A stretch of 41,009 nt of DNA. Source: Candidatus Moraniibacteriota bacterium (GTDB taxonomy: Bacteria; Patescibacteriota; Minisyncoccia; Moranbacterales; UBA2206). The stretch lies in contig JAPLXF010000066.1 in the NCBI GenBank assembly GCA_026396205.1, positions 1 through 41,009 of the forward strand, given 5' to 3'. Of the stretch, positions 1 to 7,848 are shown piece after piece. The translations under genes were made by a program, and so were the position numbers. The notes under the pieces were generated by a model. That model ran no database searches. It saw only the letters and a program-made list of their open reading frames with translations, and had not been told where the DNA came from. How positions within the stretch are numbered: position 1 is the stretch's first letter; the number at the start of each line of letters is the position of its first letter.

Positions 1-101
1 TTTTCAGAGGCAATAAGTTCCATGCCTTCTTGTTGTCTTTTAATTTCTCCCTGCAACGCTTTCCAAATTTTTGGATCTTGTTTTTTGATGTTGTTTGCCA
101 T
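1..101 (-). CDS. glyA: Serine hydroxymethyltransferase, N-terminal fragment (gene continues past window start)
   Basis: Reverse complement of 1-101 reads MANNIKKQDPKIWKALQGEIKRQQEGMELIASE, the conserved SHMT N-terminus ending in the ELIASEN motif; too short for the ORF track. Confidence 0.7.
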   Translation of the reverse strand, partial: MANNIKKQDPKIWKALQGEIKRQQEGMELIASE

Positions 102-264
102 TTTTGTCCGCGAATTATATGAGCGGGAACAAAAATGAGCATCCCGTGCCAATTCGCAGTTAAATATTTAATTAAACCGTATCTAAGCCGCAGGCGTTTC
201 CGTGGATAAAATTTTACATTACTGCAAATCTTATCCGGAATTGGCACTGGGATTCATAGCTATC
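102..264 (-). repeat. Type-A structured leader element, copy 1 (abuts glyA AUG)
   Basis: Closing stem 141-155 pairs with 238-253; conserved GCCGCAGGCG box at 187-196 (+ strand); terminal hairpin whose last arm ACAAAAAUG contains the glyA start codon. Confidence 0.8.
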
Positions 265-309
265 TTTAGTAAATAAAAAGGGTCTTAGATTCCCCCTTAA
301 CGCTTCTTT

Positions 310-338
310 ATTTTAATAGATTTATACGGGGGAGTCAA
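310..338 (-). promoter_or_regulatory. Candidate sigma70-type promoter for glyA leader (TTGACT-17-TAAAAT)
   Basis: Minus strand reads TTGACT (333-338), 17-nt spacer, TAAAAT (310-315), about 45 nt upstream of type-A copy 1. Confidence 0.45.
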
Positions 339-397
339 AAAGAAAAAAAGCCCCGGATTTCACACCGCGACTTTTATAAACTCTTAACTTTGCACTT

Positions 398-1069
398 TTA
401 ACTTTTAATTTTTATCCCCGCTCCCATAGTTGAACAAACTGTAATGCTAGAAATAAATTTGCCTTTCAGCCCGGCGGGTTTGGACTTTTCAAAATGCTCT
501 ATAAAAGCTTTGATATTTTCCGCCAGTTTAGTTTCCTCAAAAGAAATTTTGCCGACTACGGTATGTACATTGCCCGAATCGTCATTTTTATAAGCCAACT
601 TGCCTTTCTTGAGCGCTTCTACGGTTTCTTTAATTTTGGTGGTTACTGTTTCGGTTTTCGGATTTGGCATTAAGCCTTTGGGTCCTAAAATTTTGGCCAC
701 CTTGGCCAGCTTCGGCATCATTTCCGGCGTGGCTACCAAAACATCAAAATTAATTTTCTTGGCGAATTTTTCAATCATTTCCTCCCCGCCGACCAAATCG
801 GCTCCGGCTTTTTTGGCTTCATCCTGGGCCGTGGAAGTTATGACGGCGATTTTTTTGGATTTACCGGTTCCATTCGGGAGCACTACCGTTCCGCGCACTT
901 GCTGCTCGCCCTTTTTCGGATCAATATTGGTTTTGATATGCACTTCGATTGATTCGTCAAACTTGGCTATTTTATTGGCTTGGATTAATTGGACAGCTTC
1001 TTCAATGGAATAGGTTTTATTCTGATCAACTTTTTCGGACATCGCCCGATATTTTTTTCCGTGTTGCAT
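398..1069 (-). CDS. rplA: 50S ribosomal protein L1 (uL1)
   Basis: 223-aa ORF with typical uL1 sequence (GTVVLPNGTGKSKKIAV...); directly downstream of rplK as in the conserved L11-L1 cluster. Confidence 0.95.
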   Translation of the reverse strand: MQHGKKYRAMSEKVDQNKTYSIEEAVQLIQANKIAKFDESIEVHIKTNIDPKKGEQQVRGTVVLPNGTGKSKKIAVITSTAQDEAKKAGADLVGGEEMIEKFAKKINFDVLVATPEMMPKLAKVAKILGPKGLMPNPKTETVTTKIKETVEALKKGKLAYKNDDSGNVHTVVGKISFEETKLAENIKAFIEHFEKSKPAGLKGKFISSITVCSTMGAGIKIKS

Positions 1070-1119
1070 ATATTTTCGCGGTGCAAACGATTTTTAGTCT
1101 CCCGCAAATTAAAAAATTA

Positions 1120-1542
1120 TTATTCTATGGTAATCCCCATGCTTCTGGCCGTTCCGGCAACAATTTTTTCCGCCGCTTCTACATCATTGGCATTCAAATC
1201 CGCCATTTTCTTCTCGGCAATTTCCCTAAGCTGGGCTTTGGTTATTTTTCCGACCTTATCCTTTAGGGGATTTCCCGCTCCTTTTTGAACTTTAGCCGCT
1301 TTTCGCAGTAAATCAGAGGCTGGCGGAGTCTTTAGGACAAAAGTAAAACTTCTATCTTCAAAAATAGTTATTTCCGCCGGAATAATATCACCCATCTTAT
1401 CTTTGGTCGCTTCGTTGAATTTGACGCAAAATTCCTGGATATTCAAACCGTGTTGTCCCAAAGCCGGACCGACCGGCGGCGCCGGATTAGCCTTGCCGGC
1501 TTCAATTTGTAATTTAACCATTGTTTTAATTTTCTTCGCCAT
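1120..1542 (-). CDS. rplK: 50S ribosomal protein L11 (uL11)
   Basis: 140-aa [35 protein letters not shown], canonical uL11 N-terminal domain. Confidence 0.95.
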   Translation of the reverse strand: MAKKIKTMVKLQIEAGKANPAPPVGPALGQHGLNIQEFCVKFNEATKDKMGDIIPAEITIFEDRSFTFVLKTPPASDLLRKAAKVQKGAGNPLKDKVGKITKAQLREIAEKKMADLNANDVEAAEKIVAGTARSMGITIE

Positions 1543-1708
1543 AATTGTCTTCGAGCTTTAGCGAGAAGCTACAATTATGAGCGTCCCGTAAAAATTCGAT
1601 GATTTAACTTTATATTATTGCTATTTTAAGCCGAAGGCGAATCCGCAAGCAAATTATTCTATAACATAGAAGCTTGTTTGGAATTTTTACTGGGATGTCA
1701 TAGCCATC
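1543..1708 (-). repeat. Type-A structured leader element, copy 2 (fills nusG-rplK spacer)
   Basis: Divergent copy: closing stem GUAAAAAUU/AAUUUUUAC, box GCCGAAGGCG, terminal hairpin CAUAAUUGU/ACAAUUAUG containing the rplK AUG. Confidence 0.7.
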
Positions 1709-1710
1709 AA

Positions 1711-2256
1711 CTATATTTTGTTAATTTGGAGAAAGTCCAGTTCCACCGGCGTCTCTCTCCCAAATATAGAAATTAGTACTTTGACTTTGCCCTTGGATTC
1801 ATCCACGCTGTCAACTTTGCCATCAAAATCTTTGAAAGGTCCGTCCACAATTTTTACCGCATCGCCAAATTTAACGTCAATTTTATATTTTGGTTCGTCC
1901 ATGCCCATTTTCTTTTTCAGCATTTCAATCTCCGCAGGATCAACTGGCGTCGGCGTAATTCCTAAACCGATAAATCCGGTAACATTCGGCGTATTGCGCA
2001 CCACATACCAGGAAGCATCCGTCACAATCATTTCTACCAGCACATAGCCAGGATAAATCCTTTCTTCGATTACGGTTCTTTTTCCGGCTTTTATTTTAAT
2101 CTTTTTTTCCGTCGGCACCATCACATCAAAAATCAGATCTTGCATATCCATAGATTCAATTCTTTGCCGGAGGTTCCTGGCTACATTGTCTTCATAACCT
2201 GAATAGGTATGGATAACATACCAAGCCCGTCCATGATGTTGTGTTTGTTTCGCCAT
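1711..2256 (-). CDS. nusG: Transcription termination/antitermination factor NusG
   Basis: 181-aa ORF, WYVIHTYSGYEDNV N-terminal NGN domain and C-terminal KOW (GDAVKIVDGPFKDFDGKV); secE-nusG-rplK synteny. Confidence 0.93.
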   Translation of the reverse strand: MAKQTQHHGRAWYVIHTYSGYEDNVARNLRQRIESMDMQDLIFDVMVPTEKKIKIKAGKRTVIEERIYPGYVLVEMIVTDASWYVVRNTPNVTGFIGLGITPTPVDPAEIEMLKKKMGMDEPKYKIDVKFGDAVKIVDGPFKDFDGKVDSVDESKGKVKVLISIFGRETPVELDFLQINKI

Positions 2257-2339
2257 ATTCTAATTTTTATCCTAATTATATCCGAATTTTATCCGAATAT
2301 TCGTGCTTGATTCGGATTTAATTCGAATTATAATTCGTA
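2257..2339 (-). repeat. Type-B stop-to-start spacer, copy 1 (secE-nusG)
   Basis: + strand begins ATTCTAATTTTTATCCTAATTATATCCGAATT immediately after the nusG CAT; CGAATTA/TAATTCG word series through to the secE stop. Confidence 0.75.
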
Positions 2340-2525
2340 TCATTTAATAATAAATGTTTTCAAAATGTAGGAAAATAGATAGTCAAGTATCCCCAGAAAA
2401 ACTGCTACCGCAATGCTGATACCGATTACCGTGGCGGTGTAATTGATAATTTGTTTTTTGTTCGGCCAATTGACTTTCAAAAGTTCTTGCTTGGCTTCCT
2501 TCAAAAAATTTATAAGTTTATTCAT
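2340..2525 (-). CDS. secE: Preprotein translocase subunit SecE
   Basis: 61-aa ORF with single C-terminal TM helix and KVNWP motif; position upstream of nusG. Confidence 0.85.
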   Translation of the reverse strand: MNKLINFLKEAKQELLKVNWPNKKQIINYTATVIGISIAVAVFLGILDYLFSYILKTFIIK

Positions 2526-2575
2526 TGTATTTTTTGGGTTTTTTAAAAAGCCTTTCGGGGCTTTTTCTTGGTTTA

Positions 2576-2604
2576 ATTCTATAGTATACTGTATTTTCTG
2601 TCAA
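2576..2604 (-). promoter_or_regulatory. Candidate promoter for secE-nusG (TTGACA-17-TAGAAT)
   Basis: Minus strand TTGACA at 2599-2604, 17-nt spacer, TAGAAT at 2576-2581; back to back with the tRNA promoter. Confidence 0.45.
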
Positions 2605-2607
2605 ATG

Positions 2608-2636
2608 TGGACAAATTCAGCTTTATTGTATATAAT
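2608..2636 (+). promoter_or_regulatory. Candidate promoter for tRNA-Ala/tRNA-Ile (TGGACA-17-TATAAT)
   Basis: TGGACA at 2608-2613, 17-nt spacer, TATAAT at 2631-2636, 21 nt upstream of tRNA-Ala. Confidence 0.5.
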
Positions 2637-2657
2637 AAACTTCAGTTTAAGAATATC

Positions 2658-2730
2658 GGGCCGATAGCTCAGCTGGTAGAGCATCTGTTTTGCATACAGA
2701 AGGTCTGGGGTTCGAATCCCCATCGGTCCA
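2658..2730 (+). tRNA. tRNA-Ala (anticodon UGC)
   Basis: Cloverleaf folded by eye: acceptor GGGCCGA/TCGGTCC with G3:U70, D arm GCTC/GAGC, anticodon stem TCTGT/ACAGA with loop TTTGCAT, T arm TGGGG-TTCGAAT-CCCCA; CCA not encoded. Confidence 0.9.
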
Positions 2731-2798
2731 CCGCATAAAATAAATTTTATAAAATTTTCATTTTATGCGATACTTGAAACACAGGCAGGGAGCGTTCA

Positions 2799-2934
2799 TC
2801 CCGCACTAAAAATTCAAGAAATATTTGGGCGCGTAGCTCAGTTGGTTAGAGCGCGTCACTGATAATGACGAGGTCGGAGGTTCGAATCCTCCCGCGCCCA
2901 CAGAATAAAACACTACTTGAATTTTAGTGCGGGA
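2799..2934. repeat. 19-bp inverted repeat bracketing tRNA-Ile
   Basis: TCCCGCACTAAAAATTCAAG (2799-2818) is the reverse complement of CTTGAATTTTAGTGCGGGA (2916-2934) apart from one bulged T. Confidence 0.85.
2827..2900 (+). tRNA. tRNA-Ile (anticodon GAU)
   Basis: Acceptor GGGCGCG/CGCGCCC, anticodon stem CGTCA/TGACG with loop CTGATAA, T arm GGAGG-TTCGAAT-CCTCC. Confidence 0.9.
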
Positions 2935-2990
2935 CAAGCTGATAATGACGAGGCTTGCCCCGCACCGAACTCTGTTCTGGTGCTGGGGTC

Positions 2991-3026
2991 GGAGATTCCC
3001 TGCCTGCCGGCAGGCAGGGAATCTTC
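2991..3026. other. GC-rich 18-bp perfect-core palindrome/hairpin downstream of tRNA-Ile
   Basis: ATTCCCTGCCTGCCGGCAGGCAGGGAAT (2995-3022) is a perfect palindrome, extendable to 2991-3026; its left arm can alternatively pair with CAGGCAGGGA at 2783-2792. Confidence 0.8.
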
Positions 3027-3040
3027 CATTGCCCACTAAT

Positions 3041-3075
3041 AAAACAGCTTACATAAAAAAGCTGTTTTTATTTTA
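3041..3075. terminator. Bidirectional intrinsic terminator (tRNA transcript / murD)
   Basis: Stem AACAGCTT (3043-3050) / AAGCTGTT (3059-3066) flanked by A-run on one side and T-run on the other; sits between convergent tRNAs (+) and murD (-). Confidence 0.6.
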
Positions 3076-4462
3076 AATTATTCACCGCTTCTTTGAATTG
3101 GTTGCCCCGGTCAAATTCGTTCTGAAACATTCCAAAACTGGTCGCGCCGGGTGAAAGCAGCACCACATCTCCGCTTGAAGCTTCATTGCTGGCAATTTCT
3201 ACCGCCTTAGTCATAGATTCCACTACCCGGAAATCCTCATTTTCCCGGCCAGTTATTTTCCTAATCTTTTCAATTAATTTTTCCGTGGCTGAACCTTTGA
3301 GAAAAATGATGCCCTTGGCTTTCTGATTAATGGTTTCTGCCAGCCCTGTTATATCCAACTTTTTATCTGTTCCCCCGCCAATTAGAATCAGCGGTTCGGC
3401 AAAAGATCGGATTCCAAAAATAGCGCTTTCCGGAGTGGTCGCTGCCGTATCGTTGTAATATTTAACGCCGTTTATTTCTCTGATAAATTCCAGCCGGTGC
3501 TGGAGGCCTTTGAATTCTCTTAAAGCTTTGGCAATAATTTTTAGTTCGATTCCCATGGCGCAAGCGGCGCCGACGGCCGCCATCACATTTTCTAAATTAT
3601 GTCCGCCGCGAAGCTTAACATCGCTGGCCTCTATTATTTTTTTCTCATCCACTCCGTCGTTCCAGTAGGCAGCGTCGTTTACTAAATAGACGGCTTTGCT
3701 GTTTTCGATTTTCTGCCTGGAAAATCTGATAATTTTCGATTTTATTTCCGGTTCAAATTTATTTAAAACTTTGTCATCCCAATTAATAACGCAAAAATCT
3801 TCCGGCTTTTGGCTGGAAAAAATAAATTTTTTGTCCTTGATATAGCTTTCCATTCCGGAATAATAATTCAGGTGGTCCGGATAAATATTGGTCAGCACTG
3901 CGCCTTGCGGGCTTATTCCGTAGCGCCCCAAAGCTGAAAGCCGCCAGCTGGAAAGTTCGAATACCACCCAACTGTCTTTTTTTATTTCTTTTAATTTATC
4001 CATCACTGAAACCTGGCCGATGCCGGCTTTGACCGGATTTTTTCCGGCGGCCTTTAAAATTTCATAGATCAGCGTGGAGGTGGTTGTTTTCCCCTTAGTT
4101 CCGGTAATGCCGATAATCGGATTTTTGCAAAATTTGAAAAAAAGGCTGGCATCCACTTCTACTGGAATATTTTTTTTGAGCGCCAATTCAATATATTTGT
4201 TATTCCAAGCCACGCCGGGTGTTTTGACAACTAGATCGGTATGCGTAAAATCCTCGCTCCGGTGCTGGCCCAAAACATATTCAATGCCTCTTAAGTCTTT
4301 CAGCGCCAGCAGCGAAGGCGCCAGCTCTTCCTTGGATTTCATGTCCGTCACCACCAATCTGGCTCCCAAAGCATGAAAAAAACGAACGGTGCCGATACCG
4401 CCGCTATTGAGGCCAAGCCCCATAACCGTTACCTTCTTACCTTTGAAATCTTCCGGTTTCAT
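3068..4462 (-). CDS. murD: UDP-N-acetylmuramoylalanine--D-glutamate ligase
   Basis: 464-aa ORF, N-terminal Rossmann GLGLNSGG and Mur ligase P-loop GITGTKGKTTT. Confidence 0.85.
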   Translation of the reverse strand: MKPEDFKGKKVTVMGLGLNSGGIGTVRFFHALGARLVVTDMKSKEELAPSLLALKDLRGIEYVLGQHRSEDFTHTDLVVKTPGVAWNNKYIELALKKNIPVEVDASLFFKFCKNPIIGITGTKGKTTTSTLIYEILKAAGKNPVKAGIGQVSVMDKLKEIKKDSWVVFELSSWRLSALGRYGISPQGAVLTNIYPDHLNYYSGMESYIKDKKFIFSSQKPEDFCVINWDDKVLNKFEPEIKSKIIRFSRQKIENSKAVYLVNDAAYWNDGVDEKKIIEASDVKLRGGHNLENVMAAVGAACAMGIELKIIAKALREFKGLQHRLEFIREINGVKYYNDTAATTPESAIFGIRSFAEPLILIGGGTDKKLDITGLAETINQKAKGIIFLKGSATEKLIEKIRKITGRENEDFRVVESMTKAVEIASNEASSGDVVLLSPGATSFGMFQNEFDRGNQFKEAVNNLK

Positions 4463-4463
4463 T

Positions 4464-6035
4464 TTAAGATTTTATTATTTCACCGTTTTTGGTTTGATTC
4501 AGAATACCATCTTGAAGCGCTATTTGTCCATTGATAACAACCGCCTTTATTCCTTGGCTGTATTGGTAGGGATTTTCTACCGTGGCCAAGTCCTGAATAT
4601 TTTCCGGATCAATTACCGTGATGTCGGCAAAATATCCTTCTTTGAGCTTCCCGCGCCTCTTAATGCCGAATTTTTCCGCCGGCATTTGGGTCATTTTTTT
4701 TACGGCTTCTTCCCAGCTTAAAATTTTCTTTTCTTTTACATAATAGGAAAGCACCTTGGAAAAAGTTCCGAAACACCGCGGATGGACCATCTCGCCGGTA
4801 TCTTTATGGTTGAGATTGTAACCGGATCCATTGGTGGAAATTATGGCCAGCGGATGCCGGACGGCTTTTTCAATATTTTCTTCGTTCAATATTTCTACGG
4901 AAGTAATCACCCGGCCTTCAGAAGCTACTAAAATGTCAATGATTGCTTCTTCAACGGATTTTTCCTGCGAAACAGCAATTTCCGTTATTCTTTTCCGGCC
5001 CAGCGTCCGATTGAGGTTGGAAATTGCAATATCGATTTTGGAATAATCAAAATCTGATTGTTTCATTTCTTCGATCACTTTCATTTTTATCAAAGGGTTG
5101 CGTAGCCGTCCCAGCATCATTTTCTTGCCGCCGTCGGAAACCCAGCGCGGTAAAAGCGTATAGAGAACTGAACCAATATTGGTGTAGGGGAAAATATCAA
5201 AAGAAATGTCCAGCTCTTTGTTATTGGCTTCGTTTATAAGTTTCAGCGCTTCGTCCATCAGCTTCCAGTATTTTTCTCCGACTGCTTTTAAATGGGAGAT
5301 ATGGATTTTTACGCCGGAAGCTTCGGCTATTTTTATAATCTCCTTCACTGAATTAACTAAATCTTTGCCTTCATCCCGCATATGAGAAACGTAAACACCG
5401 CCATATTCTTTGACCATTTTGGCCAGACTTACTAATTCATCAAAAGTAGCCGAGCGGGCGTGGACATAAACCAAACCGGTAGAAAGACCCAGCCCGCCTT
5501 CTTTGAGGGCTTTTTTCAACCGGCCTTCAATAAATTCCAATTCCTCTTTTTTCAGTTCGCGCATTTTATCTTTAAGCAGGCCTCGGCGCAGCGTTCCGTG
5601 TCCGACCAACGTTCCGAAATTAACCGCCAGTTTTTTTCTTTCCAGAGTTTTAAGAAATTCATCCATCGTCAGCCAATTGAAATTAATCCGGTTGAGATCC
5701 ATCCATTTTTGGATGGACTCCATAGTTTTGGCGTCAGTTAGGGGCGCCAAAGAAGAGCCGCAATTGCCGCCGATGATTGTCGTTATGCCTTGATATAAAA
5801 GGCTTTCCAAATTGGGATTTAAAAATATCTGCCAAAAAGCGTCGCTGTGGTTGTTGACATCCACAAAGCCCGGGCAAATATATTTGCCCGTGGCATCTAT
5901 TTCAATCTCGCCTTTTTCATTCTGCAATTTTCCAATTTTAGAAATCTTTTCTTCATCAATTCCTACATCCGCCAAAAACATCGGTTTCCCCGTGCCATCA
6001 ATAACTGTGCCATTTTTGATTAGAATATCAAACAT
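4464..6035 (-). CDS. Amidohydrolase, D-aminoacylase-like
   Basis: MFDILIKNGTVIDGTG...PGFVDVNNHSD metal-binding N-terminus typical of the N-acyl-D-amino-acid deacylase/amidohydrolase-3 family; ATG at 6035 preferred over upstream TTG at 6068. Confidence 0.7.
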   Translation of the reverse strand: MFDILIKNGTVIDGTGKPMFLADVGIDEEKISKIGKLQNEKGEIEIDATGKYICPGFVDVNNHSDAFWQIFLNPNLESLLYQGITTIIGGNCGSSLAPLTDAKTMESIQKWMDLNRINFNWLTMDEFLKTLERKKLAVNFGTLVGHGTLRRGLLKDKMRELKKEELEFIEGRLKKALKEGGLGLSTGLVYVHARSATFDELVSLAKMVKEYGGVYVSHMRDEGKDLVNSVKEIIKIAEASGVKIHISHLKAVGEKYWKLMDEALKLINEANNKELDISFDIFPYTNIGSVLYTLLPRWVSDGGKKMMLGRLRNPLIKMKVIEEMKQSDFDYSKIDIAISNLNRTLGRKRITEIAVSQEKSVEEAIIDILVASEGRVITSVEILNEENIEKAVRHPLAIISTNGSGYNLNHKDTGEMVHPRCFGTFSKVLSYYVKEKKILSWEEAVKKMTQMPAEKFGIKRRGKLKEGYFADITVIDPENIQDLATVENPYQYSQGIKAVVINGQIALQDGILNQTKNGEIIKS

Positions 6036-6173
6036 AAAAAAATTCAAAATGCAAAGTTCAAAAATCAAAACTACAATTCAAAATTAAAAATTAATTAATT
6101 GTAAATTGTTTAGAAATTAAAAATTAGAAATTAAAAATTGAATACTTCTGATTTTGCGATTCAGAAAAAGCTT

Positions 6174-7160
6174 TTATTTACTAATGAACTGCGACATCTC
6201 TACCAGTCTATTGGCGTATCCCCATTCATTGTCATACCAGCCGACAACTTTGGCCAGATTGCCATTGGCCATGGTTAAAGATAAATCGACAATCGCTGAA
6301 TGCGAATCGCCTTTAAAATCCATAGAAACCAATTGCTCATCCGTAACGGCTAAAATTCCCTGCATACTATTCTTAGAGGCTTCTATAAAGGCTTCGTTTA
6401 TTTCTTCGGCGCTGGCTTCTTTTTTAAGCGTGCAGATGAAATCCACGATGGAAACTACCGGCGTTGGAACACGCAGAGATATGCCGTCTAATTTTCCTTC
6501 CAAATGTTTCAAAACTTTACCGACCGTTTTAGCTGCACCGGTAGTGGTTGGAATTATATTTAACGCTGCTGCTCTGGCCCGCCTTAAATCTTTATGCGGC
6601 AGATCCAAAACTCTTTGGTCATTGGTATAGGAATGCGTGGTCGTCATAAAGCCTTTTTCCACGCCGAATTTGTCGTCCAGAACTTTTATCATCGGCGCCA
6701 GGCAGTTGGTGGTGCAGGAAGCGTTGGAAATAATCGCTTCGCCTTTGTATTCTTTTTCATTGACGCCCAGAAGATAAACCGGCATATCGTCCTTGGCGGG
6801 CGCTGAAATTACCACTTTTTTGGCGCCGGCAGCAATATGCGCCTGATTTTTTTCCGTATTCTCAAAAACGCCCGTACATTCCAAAACTACATCCACACCT
6901 AAATCTCCCCATGGTAATTTTGTTGGATCCGCTTCGCTCAAATATTTTATCTTTTTCCCGTCAATTGTTATTTCCGACGTAGCTTCGTCAATGGAAACTT
7001 CTTTGCCATATCGGCCATAAGAAGAATCATATTTTAATAAATGCGCCGCGGTTTTAAGGTCCGTTAAATCATTGATAGCGACGACTTCCAAACCTTTCTC
7101 CATGGCGATTTTCAGCGCCGGCCGTCCAATGCGGCCAAAACCATTGATAGCTAACTTCAT
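6174..7160 (-). CDS. gap: Glyceraldehyde-3-phosphate dehydrogenase, type I
   Basis: 328-aa ORF, NGFGRIGR NAD-binding motif and active-site SNASCTTNCLAP. Confidence 0.95.
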   Translation of the reverse strand: MKLAINGFGRIGRPALKIAMEKGLEVVAINDLTDLKTAAHLLKYDSSYGRYGKEVSIDEATSEITIDGKKIKYLSEADPTKLPWGDLGVDVVLECTGVFENTEKNQAHIAAGAKKVVISAPAKDDMPVYLLGVNEKEYKGEAIISNASCTTNCLAPMIKVLDDKFGVEKGFMTTTHSYTNDQRVLDLPHKDLRRARAAALNIIPTTTGAAKTVGKVLKHLEGKLDGISLRVPTPVVSIVDFICTLKKEASAEEINEAFIEASKNSMQGILAVTDEQLVSMDFKGDSHSAIVDLSLTMANGNLAKVVGWYDNEWGYANRLVEMSQFISK

Positions 7161-7173
7161 AAGTTTATGTTTT

Positions 7174-7193
7174 CATCGGAGCTCAACTCCGAT
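7174..7193. repeat. REP-like 20-mer CATCGGAGCTCAACTCCGAT (self-hairpin) downstream of the RAYT gene
   Basis: Identical to 7653-7672; internal stem ATCGGAG/CTCCGAT. Confidence 0.75.
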
Positions 7194-7206
7194 TTTTTAT
7201 TATTAT

Positions 7207-7848
7207 TTATTCCAAAAGTAATTTTTCCATTTCTTTCTTTTTCCTCATTTCTTCTGCATTTATTTTAGCATACTTTTTATATTCTTCTAAGTCCTTAAAT
7301 TGGCCTAAAATAATTTCTTTGTTGCACAATACTCTGTTTCTTTTGCCGATATAATCAGGAAAACTGCACCATTTATAATCCGATGCTTTAGCAATTTTAT
7401 GTATTTCACTGTTAAGATTCACATAAGCCGAAAGGTATAACAGATATTCATTGGAATTTATATGTATAGACTTATATCTGCCTTGAAATAATGCACCCGA
7501 TCGCTCATTTTTTTGATTAAAATAATTGGTATATCCCGTACTTAATTTGTGCATGAATTTTTCTATTCCATTGTCGGTGAGTTGTTGCAAAATAAAATGG
7601 TAGTGATTTGGATTAAGACAATAACAAACAACATTAACCAATTTTTCAGGCTCATCGGAGCTCAACTCCGATTCGGAGTTGAGCTCCGATGCTCTTAATC
7701 TTTCTTCTCTAGTTAAATTATTGTTAAATTCTTTTATGTCTTTAAGAAATCTGAAATAATAATTTCCGTCCAAAAATATCTCGCGCTTATCTACGCCGCG
7801 ATTATAAATATGGTAATATTCTCCGTTGGCAAGCTCAGTTTTACGCAC
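7207..7848 (-). CDS. REP-associated tyrosine transposase-like (IS200/Y1 HUH family)
   Basis: GEYYHIYNRG N-terminus, HUH motif NHYHFIL, catalytic-Tyr region LYLSAYVNLN; GTG start overlapping the upstream ORF by 8 nt. Confidence 0.75.
   Translation of the reverse strand: MRKTELANGEYYHIYNRGVDKREIFLDGNYYFRFLKDIKEFNNNLTREERLRASELNSESELSSDEPEKLVNVVCYCLNPNHYHFILQQLTDNGIEKFMHKLSTGYTNYFNQKNERSGALFQGRYKSIHINSNEYLLYLSAYVNLNSEIHKIAKASDYKWCSFPDYIGKRNRVLCNKEIILGQFKDLEEYKKYAKINAEEMRKKKEMEKLLLE
7653..7691. repeat. REP doublet (REPIN-like 39-nt palindrome) inside the RAYT coding sequence
   Basis: CATCGGAGCTCAACTCCGA-T-TCGGAGTTGAGCTCCGATG; two inverted copies of the 7174-7193 unit, 13 codons, in frame (encodes SELNSESELSSDE). 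Confidence 0.85.

Noticed and set aside
102-264. Type-A copy upstream of glyA as a ZTP/THF/glycine-type riboswitch.
   Set aside because: The same fold precedes rplK, rpsN, rplX, hypA and hypC, which is incompatible with a one-carbon-metabolite switch. I do not see the conserved cores of those riboswitch classes as I remember them.
600-1288. Plus-strand ORFs of 99-137 aa (600-1013, 949-1266, 989-1288). Similar antisense ORFs occur throughout (e.g. 4074-4721, 6154-6630, 11140-11559, 14358-14858, 18710-19417, 22167-22637, 23159-24382, 26458-27000, 29723-30172, 34980-35414).
   Set aside because: They lie antisense to well-supported conserved genes, have low-complexity or biased composition, and lack recognisable motifs, SDs or promoters. 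These are shadow ORFs.
2658-2730. Reading the first tRNA as tRNA-Cys (GCA occurs in the anticodon loop).
   Set aside because: With a 5-bp anticodon stem TCTGT/ACAGA the 7-nt loop is TTTGCAT, which puts UGC at positions 34-36. The G3:U70 pair confirms Ala identity.
2806-3036. 76-aa minus-strand ORF covering tRNA-Ile and the GC palindrome.
   Set aside because: It is the antisense reading of a tRNA gene and hairpins. The Arg/Cys/Gly-rich product is an artefact of GC-rich structured DNA.
6069-6173. AT-rich word spacers (AATTGTAAATTGT, GAAATTAAAAATT) are shared between 6069-6173 and 17027-17140.
   Set aside because: The shared 13-mer is in very low-complexity A/T sequence. I cannot separate real homology from composition, so it is not called as a repeat family.
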